The position numbers and the translations under genes are program-made. Source: an uncultured Rhodospirillaceae bacterium (lineage in GTDB: Bacteria; Pseudomonadota; Alphaproteobacteria; UBA7887). From it: a DNA stretch of 33,938 nt. Below the pieces are notes generated by a model. The model did no database searches. It worked only from the letters and a program-made list of their open reading frames with translations, and was not told where the DNA came from. Below, one piece after another: positions 19,075 to 26,572 of this stretch (position 1 is the stretch's first letter; each line of letters opens with the position of its first letter). The stretch spans positions 1 through 33,938 of the forward strand of contig CAJWQN010000003.1 of the NCBI GenBank assembly GCA_913045505.1. Direction: 5' to 3'.

Positions 19075-19671
19075 GTGACCGAAGACAACCAAGACCTGCT
19101 GCCGTTCCGCTTGTCGATTTGCGGCCTCGACGAGCTGGCCGCGCTCGCCGGCGCCGGGATCAGCCACGTGGTTTCGATCCTGGACCCGGAATGGCCCGAT
19201 CCGGAGGCGTTTGCGGCCTATCCGGATCACCGGCGCGAAACGTTCCGGTTCGATGACGTGATATACGAGCGGCCCGGCTACGTGTGGCCGCGCCGGGCCG
19301 ATATCGAGAACATCCTCCGGTTCGCCGGCCGGCTGCCGGGCGAGGCGGTGCACCACCTTCTGATTCACTGCCACGCCGGTGTTTCGCGCTCGACCGCGGC
19401 GGCGGTGATCGTGATGGCGGCGCTGAACGGGGGCCGGGAAGCGGAGATGTTCGACCTGATCGACGGCTTGCGGCCCCGAAGCTGGCCCAACAGCCTGATG
19501 ATCGGCCTCGCCGACGAGATGCTCGACCGCGACGGCGCGCTGCTCGGGGCCATGCGCGCCCACCACGCCCGCGTCGCCGCCCGCCACCCGGACCTGGCCG
19601 AAATCATCCGCCTCCACGGCCGCGCCCACGAAGTCCCGGGGTTGGCCCAGCCCCCTACACCTTCGGCTTGA
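19075..19671 (+). CDS. Cys-dependent protein-tyrosine/dual-specificity phosphatase-like protein
   Basis: CX5R loop [13 protein letters not shown], plus [12 protein letters not shown] and WPN. GTG start follows GAGGAG. Confidence 0.88.
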   Translation: MTEDNQDLLPFRLSICGLDELAALAGAGISHVVSILDPEWPDPEAFAAYPDHRRETFRFDDVIYERPGYVWPRRADIENILRFAGRLPGEAVHHLLIHCHAGVSRSTAAAVIVMAALNGGREAEMFDLIDGLRPRSWPNSLMIGLADEMLDRDGALLGAMRAHHARVAARHPDLAEIIRLHGRAHEVPGLAQPPTPSA

Positions 19672-20053
19672 GCGATAATGCCCCGGAGTTGAGGCAGTAG
19701 CGGAGGCCGGTGGGGGCGGGGCCGTCTTCGAACACGTGGCCCAAATGGGTGTCGCAGCGGCTGCACAGGACCTCGGTGCGGATCATGCCGTGACTGGTGT
19801 CGGTCTCGGTCGCGACAATCTCGGGCGCGATCGGCTGGAAGAAGCTCGGCCAGCCGGTGCCGGAATCATATTTGGTCCCCGAGTCGAACAAGGCCTGGCC
19901 GCAGCCCGCGCACAGATAGGTGCCGGAGGTCTTGGTGTTCCAATAGGCGCCGGAGAACGCGGGCTCGGTGCCGTGCTGGCGGCAGATCGCGTATTGCTCT
20001 GGGGTCAGGGCCTGGCGCCACTCGGCGTTGGTCTTGGTGACTTTTTCGGTCAT
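19655..20053 (-). CDS. msrB: Peptide-methionine (R)-S-oxide reductase
   Basis: GTEPAFSG, CxxC pairs CAGC and [25 protein letters not shown] and RYCLNS. ATG 20053 follows GAAGGAG. Confidence 0.97.
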   Translation of the reverse strand: MTEKVTKTNAEWRQALTPEQYAICRQHGTEPAFSGAYWNTKTSGTYLCAGCGQALFDSGTKYDSGTGWPSFFQPIAPEIVATETDTSHGMIRTEVLCSRCDTHLGHVFEDGPAPTGLRYCLNSGALSLKPKV

Positions 20054-20064
20054 CGCCGACTCCT

Positions 20065-20733
20065 TCAATGGCTGATCACGAAGCTCGAGAACCGGACCGG
20101 CAGGATTTCGCGGGTGTGGCTGCGCCCGCTCGGGTCCTTCTCGACCAGAATCAACTGCTGGGCGTCCTCGATCCCGGCCGGGATCACCATCCGCCCGCCG
20201 GGCTTGAGCTGCTCGATCAGGGCGGGCGGAATCAGCTTGGGCGCGGCGGTGACCATGATCTTGTCGAACGGCGCATGGTCCGCCCAGCCATGGGCGCCGT
20301 CGCCGATTCGAATTGAGATGTTGCGGTAGCCCATCTTGCGATGTCGATGTTTGGCCTCCTCGGCCAGTTCGGGGAAGATCTCGACGGTGTAGACCTGATC
20401 GGCGAGCTCGGCCAGGATCGCCGACTGGTAGCCGAGGCCGGTGCCGATCTCGGCCACCGTGTCATCGGGCGCCAACTCAAGAAGATCGGTCATCAGGGCG
20501 ACGATGAACGGCTGCGATATGGTCTTGCCGCAACCGATCGGCAACGGCGAATCGGCATAGGCGTATTTGCGCATCTCGGTGGGCACGAATTCGTGGCGCG
20601 GGACCTTGGCCAGCGCGTCGATCACGGTCTGGTCGAAGTACGGGCGGCCGGTCTCGTCCGCGACCATGCCGGCATGGGCCTTGATCTCGACGATCATCTC
20701 CCGGCGCAGCACGGCGAAATCGGAATCGTTCAT
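20065..20733 (-). CDS. pcm: Protein-L-isoaspartate(D-aspartate) O-methyltransferase
   Basis: [43 protein letters not shown] and [11 protein letters not shown]. Confidence 0.95.
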   Translation of the reverse strand: MNDSDFAVLRREMIVEIKAHAGMVADETGRPYFDQTVIDALAKVPRHEFVPTEMRKYAYADSPLPIGCGKTISQPFIVALMTDLLELAPDDTVAEIGTGLGYQSAILAELADQVYTVEIFPELAEEAKHRHRKMGYRNISIRIGDGAHGWADHAPFDKIMVTAAPKLIPPALIEQLKPGGRMVIPAGIEDAQQLILVEKDPSGRSHTREILPVRFSSFVISH

Positions 20734-20871
20734 GACCGTTCCAGCTTAGCGCAGCCTCGGGGCCGCGTCCGCAAAGAATGGGCCAGGGGGCCTGGATTCC
20801 CCGGCTCGGCTGGGTAATGCTCGGCACGCGCCTCGCGCCCGCAGGCGGACCTGTCCCCGGAGCCCCGATCG

Positions 20872-21789
20872 ATGCTGGCGAAATTCATCGACTGTCCCCA
20901 GTTCTTGGCCGACCTCTACGGCCCCGATTTGCGGCGCATCGTTCCCGACCTGGTGGTCAATGTCGGCGACCCCTCGGAAGCCGAGGCGCTGGCCCTGCTC
21001 GCCGATTGCGGGGTGGTCGTGAACGACCATACCCGGCTGAGCGCGGCGATGTTGGCGGCCTGCCCGGATTTGAAGGCGATCGTGTTCATGGGCACCGGTG
21101 CGTCGAGCTATGTCGATATGGACGCCGCCGAGCGGCTCGGGATTCGGGTGCGCACGATCAGCGGCTACGGCGACCGGACGGTCGCCGAACATGCGGTGGC
21201 GTTGATGTTCGCCGCCGCCCGCAAGGTCGCCGAGATGGACCGGGCGTTGCGCGGGGGCATCTGGGAGACCCGCGACAGTGTCGAGCTGGCCGGCAAGACC
21301 CTGGGCGTGATCGGCACCGGCGGTATCGGCCGGGCGATGGCGGAGCTGGGCGCCGGCCTCGGCATGCGGGTGATCGCCTGGAACCGCTCGGGTCTGCCGG
21401 CGGGCGTGCCGGCCCAGGCCTCGGGCCTGGACGCGCTGGTTGCCGAGGCCGACGTGATCTCCCTCCATCTCGCGCTGAACGAGGAGACCGAGGGCCTGAT
21501 CGGGAGCGACCGCATCGCGCTGATGGGTCCGGGGACGATCCTGGTCAACACCGCCCGCGGCGCCCTGATCGACGAGCCGGCGCTGATCGAGGCGCTGGCC
21601 GCGGGGCGCATCCGCCATGCCGCGCTCGACGTGTTCGCGGCCGAGCCGCTGGCCGCCGATCATCCCCTTCTCGCGCTCGACAACGTGACCCTCACCCCCC
21701 ACGCCGGCTTCATGACCGCCGAGGCCTCGGCGCGCCTGCTCGAAATGGCCCTGAACCTGGTCGCCGAAGAGCGCGCGGCGGCGGGTTGA
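20872..21789 (+). CDS. D-isomer-specific 2-hydroxyacid dehydrogenase family protein
   Basis: TVAEHA, Rossmann GVIGTGGIG, and the Arg/Glu/His triad in NTARG, LDVFAAEP and TPHAG. Confidence 0.92.
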   Translation: MLAKFIDCPQFLADLYGPDLRRIVPDLVVNVGDPSEAEALALLADCGVVVNDHTRLSAAMLAACPDLKAIVFMGTGASSYVDMDAAERLGIRVRTISGYGDRTVAEHAVALMFAAARKVAEMDRALRGGIWETRDSVELAGKTLGVIGTGGIGRAMAELGAGLGMRVIAWNRSGLPAGVPAQASGLDALVAEADVISLHLALNEETEGLIGSDRIALMGPGTILVNTARGALIDEPALIEALAAGRIRHAALDVFAAEPLAADHPLLALDNVTLTPHAGFMTAEASARLLEMALNLVAEERAAAG

Positions 21790-21798
21790 GCCGATAGG

Positions 21799-23016
21799 TC
21801 ACTCTTCGATCGTGAACCTCAGATGCCCGTGCGCCTGGCGGAGGGCGGCCTCGACCGTGGCCGGGTCGGCGGCATGGGCGAAGATGAAACCCAGATATTT
21901 GCGCCCCTCGGGCAGGGGCACCAGGTTCTCGCCGATCGGAATGGTGATCGTGACATCACCGATGCCGGCGACGGCGCGCGCTCGGCCGAGGCCGTCGATC
22001 GCCTTCAGGGTGCCGGCGACGGGGATCGGGATCATCATCACCCCGCCGGCGTCGCGCTCGCGGATCAGGTTGTCCTGGGGCAGGCCGAGGGCGTGGCGCA
22101 GGATCACGTCTTCGAGAGAGATGCCGGCGCCGAAACGGAGCGCCCGCGCGCACAGGCCCCCGATCGAGCGCGCGGCCATGTCGACCACCCAGAGGTGGTC
22201 GCGGTCATGGCGCAATTCGGCATGGATCGGACCATGATGGAGGCCAATGGCGGCGGCGGCCCGCTCGGTGGCGGCGGCGATCCGCGCTTGCATCCGTGCC
22301 ACCAGGCGTGACGGCGTGACGTAGAGGGTTTCCTCGAAATAAGGACCGATAAGGGGATCGGGCTTGTCGAACAGGGCCAGTACCCGCAAATGCCCGGCGT
22401 CCATCAAACCTTCCACGGCCACTTCCTGGCCGGGAAGATAGTCCTCGATTAGAATCCGCAGTGGATCGTCCGGCCCGAGGAGGCCCGAGACGCGCGCGAA
22501 GGCGGCTTCGAATCCGGCCCGGTCGTCGGCGCGAATCACGCCCCGGCCGCCGGCCATGGCGAGCGGCTTGAGCACGCAGGGATAGGTCTGGGCGCGGGCC
22601 ACCGACCGCGCGTCCTCGGTGGCGCCGACCAGGCGAAAACCCGGTGACGGCAACCCGCCGGCGGCCAGCGCGGCGCGCAGGAGATGCTTGTCCCGGGTCG
22701 CCCGGACCGCCTCGATGCCATTGTGGCGAAGGCCCAGCGCCGCCGCCGCGTGGGCGGCGAGAACCACGCCCCCATCATCGACCGCGACCACCGCATCGAA
22801 CAGGCGGTTGCCGGCATGGGCGGCAATTTGCCGGGCACCGGCCTTTCCGTCGGCGAAGTCGAACCGCGCCACCCCACCGTCGGAGAATGCTTCCGAGGCC
22901 TGAGCCCGATCGGTCCCGACCACGACTTCGACCTCGACCGGCAGTCGGCCGGCGGCGGCCATGAAATCGGATGCGCGGTAGGTGTCCGACGGCACCAGCA
23001 ACAGCAAGCGTTTCAT
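21799..23016 (-). CDS. ATP-grasp enzyme, L-amino-acid-ligase-like architecture
   Basis: TRDKHLLR, YPCVLKPLAMAGGRGV, LIEDYLPGQE, GPIHAELR and AARSIGG, with a C-terminal YLGFIFA domain. Confidence 0.88.
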   Translation of the reverse strand: MKRLLLLVPSDTYRASDFMAAAGRLPVEVEVVVGTDRAQASEAFSDGGVARFDFADGKAGARQIAAHAGNRLFDAVVAVDDGGVVLAAHAAAALGLRHNGIEAVRATRDKHLLRAALAAGGLPSPGFRLVGATEDARSVARAQTYPCVLKPLAMAGGRGVIRADDRAGFEAAFARVSGLLGPDDPLRILIEDYLPGQEVAVEGLMDAGHLRVLALFDKPDPLIGPYFEETLYVTPSRLVARMQARIAAATERAAAAIGLHHGPIHAELRHDRDHLWVVDMAARSIGGLCARALRFGAGISLEDVILRHALGLPQDNLIRERDAGGVMMIPIPVAGTLKAIDGLGRARAVAGIGDVTITIPIGENLVPLPEGRKYLGFIFAHAADPATVEAALRQAHGHLRFTIEE

Positions 23017-23053
23017 GATGGGCCTTGGGTGAGGCCGATTGTGGCGACAGTGA

Positions 23054-24460
23054 TCAAACGGCGGCGCGCTGGGCCGCGGTCGGCTCGGCGCAGCAGTACC
23101 AGGGCTCGCTCATGCGCGGCACCGGCGCCCGAGACCGAGCCGGCGGCAACCAGTCCGGCACCGGGTCGAGCCCACCGGCGCGGCGGGTGAGGGCGACGAT
23201 CTTGGCGAAGGTCCCGGCACGGTCTTCGCCGATCCCCTCGGCTCCCTCGACCGCCGCCGCGACAGCCTGGCTCAGGGCCTCGACTCGCGGGTCGGGGTTG
23301 CGCCAGGGATAACTCAATGCCTCCGGCTGGTAGGGGCCCAGGCCGCGGCGCAACGCGGCCAAGCCGCGCAGACGCGAGCCCTGGGGCACCAGCAGCCGGA
23401 TCGCGAGCTGGATCGGGGCGACCTCGGCGATCAGGTCGAGAGCCGCGATCTCGCGCAAGAGATCGTGGTAGCCCTCGAGAGTTGTCCAAGGCGTGAACGG
23501 AATGAAGGTCGGCGACAGGGTGAGCCCGGCGTCGCGGGCAAGCGCGACAGCGCGCAGGAAATCGACCCGGCTGTGGCCCTTGTCGAGCAGGGCCAGCACC
23601 TCGTCGTCGAGCGATTCGACGGCGGTGGTGACCAACAGGCATCCGGTCTCGACCAGGGTCCGGAGATGGCGCCGCTGGCGGAGCAAATGCTCGACCTTGA
23701 TGGTGGCGTCGTAAGTGATTTCGGGATCGGCCGCGTGCACGGCCCGGACCAGGCGCAGGGCGTGACCGACGCCGTTGAAGAAATCCGGATCGCCGAAGCT
23801 GATGTGTCGGGCTCCGGCGGCGATTTGGGTCGCGATATCGGCCATCACCACGTCGTGCTGGACGACGAAGAACCGGCCGTCATAGACCGGCACCACCGGG
23901 CAGTGCCGGCACCGGTGCTTGCAGCCCCGGCTGGCCTCGGTATAGCCGCTCCGGCGGTGCTCGTCTCCGATCTGAAGAGTCGCGTAGTTGTCGAGGCCGG
24001 GCAGGCCGGCGCGCTCGGGCATCCGGAACCGTTGCTTGGCGAGCGCGACCACTGGCGCCACCGTCGGCGCCTCGGATATCACCTGCCCGTCGTTGGCGAC
24101 CAACCGGTGATAAAGATCGACCAATGGGGTCTCGAATTCGCCGCCAATAATCGACTGCCCGCCCAGGTCCCGCAGATAGCCGGCGTTCATCGGCGCGTAG
24201 AGCCCGTAAAAGCAGAGATGGGCGCCGGGATTGAGGTCGCGGATGCGCGCGATCACGTCGCCGGCGAGTCGGGTCGCGGTGTGCATGGGCAGGTGGATCG
24301 CGATCATCCCGGCGGCGGCCACGGCCGCCGCATCGAGGTCTTCGACCGCGAGGTCGTTGCAGGTCACCCGCGCCCCGGCCTGGCGCAGCCACGCCGCGGG
24401 CGAGGCCAGCCCGAACGGCTGGTGGCCCAGATCGTAGGTGGACAGCAGCAGGACGTTCAT
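23054..24460 (-). CDS. CUAEP/CCAEP-tail radical SAM protein (Cys form) with an N-terminal B12-binding-like domain
   Basis: CxxxCxxC motif SRGCKHRCRHCP. N-terminus LLSTYDLGHQPFGLAS...HLPMHTATR; also FGDPDFFN and FIPFTPWT. C-terminal EPWYCCAEP encoded by TGC TGC at 23095-23090. ATG 24460 preferred over TTG 24472. Confidence 0.88.
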   Translation of the reverse strand: MNVLLLSTYDLGHQPFGLASPAAWLRQAGARVTCNDLAVEDLDAAAVAAAGMIAIHLPMHTATRLAGDVIARIRDLNPGAHLCFYGLYAPMNAGYLRDLGGQSIIGGEFETPLVDLYHRLVANDGQVISEAPTVAPVVALAKQRFRMPERAGLPGLDNYATLQIGDEHRRSGYTEASRGCKHRCRHCPVVPVYDGRFFVVQHDVVMADIATQIAAGARHISFGDPDFFNGVGHALRLVRAVHAADPEITYDATIKVEHLLRQRRHLRTLVETGCLLVTTAVESLDDEVLALLDKGHSRVDFLRAVALARDAGLTLSPTFIPFTPWTTLEGYHDLLREIAALDLIAEVAPIQLAIRLLVPQGSRLRGLAALRRGLGPYQPEALSYPWRNPDPRVEALSQAVAAAVEGAEGIGEDRAGTFAKIVALTRRAGGLDPVPDWLPPARSRAPVPRMSEPWYCCAEPTAAQRAAV

Positions 24461-24494
24461 CGGCCGTCCCAATGGCGGCGCGTCGTCGGTGCCG

Positions 24495-25337
24495 CTATTT
24501 CGAGGGCTGATAATAGGGGTTCGTGCCGCCCGCGTGATCGGTCACGTCCAGCACATGAACGATGTCCGGCGCGGCGCGCTTGATTTCGCCCTCGACCCCC
24601 TGTTTGAGGGTCACGTCGGCCATGCCGCAGCCCTGGCAGCCGCCCTCGAGCCGGATGTAGACGGTGTCGTCGGTGACGTCGACCAGGGCGATATGGCCGC
24701 CATGCATGGCCACCGAGGGGTTGATCCGCTGATCGAGCACGTCGCGGACCGCGAGGCCGGTCGGTGTCTCCAGGCCCGGCTTCGGGATCAGGTCGCGGTG
24801 GTCGATGACCTGCTCGACCTCGGCGATGTAGTGGCGGAGCATGTTCTCGATCCCGCTCCTCAGCCCGAACGCGGCGCCGCTCATTTCGAGCGCCACCTTG
24901 CCCTCGGAGAAGCCGTGGAACACCGCTTCGCCGCCGTTCTGGGCGAGAGCCGGGCGGACCCGGGAGTCCAGCAAGTCCTTGATCTGGGCGACCAGCTCGG
25001 CGTCTTCGGGGGCGAAATCCTCCTCGATTTGGGAGTCATCGGCGCCGGAGGCGGCGGTCACGGCCGGCGCGCCGGACATGAAATGCTCCATGATCGCGCT
25101 CAGAATCGCCGGCTTGAGCACTTGCCACTCCGTGTCCCCGGCCTTGGTGACGCTCACCAGATCGACCCCCAACGTGACCGCGACCACATTCTCGATCTCG
25201 AACAGCCGCGCCGCCAGCGGCGAGCGCGCGCTCGATTCGCGGTCCGGAAAACTGACGGTTCCGGCGTCCATGACCGTGCGCCCGGGCAGGAATTTGAGCA
25301 CCGCCGGGTCGGCGTCGGCCTCGGTCTGAATAAACAT
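24495..25337 (-). CDS. NifU/NfuA-family Fe-S cluster carrier: Nfu N-terminal domain plus two NifU domains
   Basis: Nfu N-terminal domain MFIQTE...LKFLPG...SPLAARLF...WQVLKPAIL. First NifU domain RVRPALAQNGG has no CxxC. Second is INPSVAMHGG...GGCQGC...DVTDHAGGTNPYY. GGAGG RBS at 25347-25343. Confidence 0.9.
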   Translation of the reverse strand: MFIQTEADADPAVLKFLPGRTVMDAGTVSFPDRESSARSPLAARLFEIENVVAVTLGVDLVSVTKAGDTEWQVLKPAILSAIMEHFMSGAPAVTAASGADDSQIEEDFAPEDAELVAQIKDLLDSRVRPALAQNGGEAVFHGFSEGKVALEMSGAAFGLRSGIENMLRHYIAEVEQVIDHRDLIPKPGLETPTGLAVRDVLDQRINPSVAMHGGHIALVDVTDDTVYIRLEGGCQGCGMADVTLKQGVEGEIKRAAPDIVHVLDVTDHAGGTNPYYQPSK

Positions 25338-25373
25338 GGCGACCTCCATCGCGGGGATTTGGTCTCAAGGTCT

Positions 25374-25402
25374 ATAATCGGGGCTTCCGCGCCCAGTTCA
25401 AC
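25374..25402 (-). promoter_or_regulatory. Possible RpoH (sigma-32)-type promoter for the nfu operon
   Basis: Minus strand reads GTTGAA-CTGGGCGCGGAAG-CCCCGATTAT, resembling TTGAA-N13..17-CCCCATNT, about 37 nt upstream of the nfu ATG. Confidence 0.35.
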
Positions 25403-25419
25403 CCCAAGCCCGCCGACGA

Positions 25420-25848
25420 TCAGAAAATCGGATCCGATCGCGTCGCCGTGGTCAGGAATTCGAGCAGGTTGCCGTCGGGATCTCGGAAATATACGGATTG
25501 GCCCCACACACCGTCGGCCGCCGGACGCGGCACCGGGCCTTCGATGATTTCCACCCCGCGATCGGTCAAATAATCCACCGCTGCCTCGATATCGGCGTCC
25601 CAGCGAAAACACAGGTCGACGGAGCCTGATTCCAAACGGTCGGCCACTATATATGCCGGATCGTCGAGTTTTTGCAGATTGACCACGGCGCCGCCCAGCA
25701 CGACCTGCATGACCTTGACCTTTCCTTCGCGGTAAGCGGATTCGAACGGCAAGGCACCACCCAGGACATCCCGATAGAAAACAATCGAGCGTTCGATATC
25801 GCTTGCCATGATAACGACGTGATCGATGTTGCGAATCGGGATGGCCAC
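25420..25848 (-). CDS. VOC (glyoxalase/bleomycin resistance) family protein
   Basis: IDHVVIMASDIERSIVFYRDVLG, GSVDLCF and SVYFRDPDGNLLE. Confidence 0.9.
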   Translation of the reverse strand: MAIPIRNIDHVVIMASDIERSIVFYRDVLGGALPFESAYREGKVKVMQVVLGGAVVNLQKLDDPAYIVADRLESGSVDLCFRWDADIEAAVDYLTDRGVEIIEGPVPRPAADGVWGQSVYFRDPDGNLLEFLTTATRSDPIF

Positions 25849-25986
25849 TCGCGCTGCCCCTCTGGTTGCCTGGTAATACCGTAGTCCGTCACCAAACCGC
25901 TCACAAGCCTTGCCGCGGGCGCGGAATCATGGCAAGGCTCGGGGCCGTGGCAAGGGCCGCCGCCAATGCGAGGAGGTTCGGACGTC

Positions 25987-26358
25987 ATGAGCACGGCGGA
26001 GATCGATACCGACTTCGATCAAAGTCCGATCACGGGCTATCACGCCCATATTTACTACGATCCGGCGAGCCGGGAGACGGCGGCGCGGATTCGCGAAGCG
26101 CTGGGCGCCAGGTTCGAGGTCGAGCTCGGCCGCTGGCGCGAGGAGCCGGTCGGGCCGCATCCCCAATCGATGTATCAGGTCAAGTTCGCGCCCGCTCAGT
26201 TCGCCCTGGTGGTGCCGTGGCTGATGCTCAATCGCGACGGGCTCGACGTGCTGGTCCACCCCTCGACCGAGGATGCCTATGCCGACCACAGCCATCGGGC
26301 GATGTGGCTGGGCGAAAAGCTAGTGCTCCGGCTCGACGGCCTGGACTCGCCCAGGTGA
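25987..26358 (+). CDS. DOPA 4,5-dioxygenase family protein
   Basis: YHAHIYY, PVGPHP, WLMLNR, VLVHP and DH...AMWLG. ATG 25987 follows AGGAGG. Confidence 0.88.
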   Translation: MSTAEIDTDFDQSPITGYHAHIYYDPASRETAARIREALGARFEVELGRWREEPVGPHPQSMYQVKFAPAQFALVVPWLMLNRDGLDVLVHPSTEDAYADHSHRAMWLGEKLVLRLDGLDSPR

Positions 26359-26572
26359 GCCAACCTCGGTAGTCGGTCTCGAGCGAGAAGATCGGACGCG
26401 GCTTGGGATCGCCGGGGCGGACCGCGCGGCCCTTGGGCGCACACCCCCGAAGGCTAGGCGAAAGCCGACAAAACGGACCGATGTGATTTTGGTCACATAT
26501 GGACGCGCGGCGCTGTGCGTGAATGGGTCGGTACTCGGGAGCGATCCCGCGAAACCCGGAAGGCGGAAGGCC

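Noticed and set aside
23051-23100. Selenocysteine read-through in the radical SAM tail
   Set aside because: Both tail Cys codons are TGC. The TGA at 23056-23054 comes after the motif and acts as a normal stop before the ATP-grasp gene.
21790-24494. RiPP precursor peptide for the radical SAM/ATP-grasp pair
   Set aside because: Intergenic gaps are only 9-37 bp and no credible short ORF with an RBS was seen. A distant precursor cannot be excluded.
26445-26480. GGC-GAAA-GCC hairpin upstream of the GGDEF-EAL gene as a c-di-GMP-I riboswitch
   Set aside because: Only a 3-bp GNRA stem. The flanking GGCAAAC and GACGCAAA consensus and the second stem are missing. An Rfam/Infernal scan would settle it.
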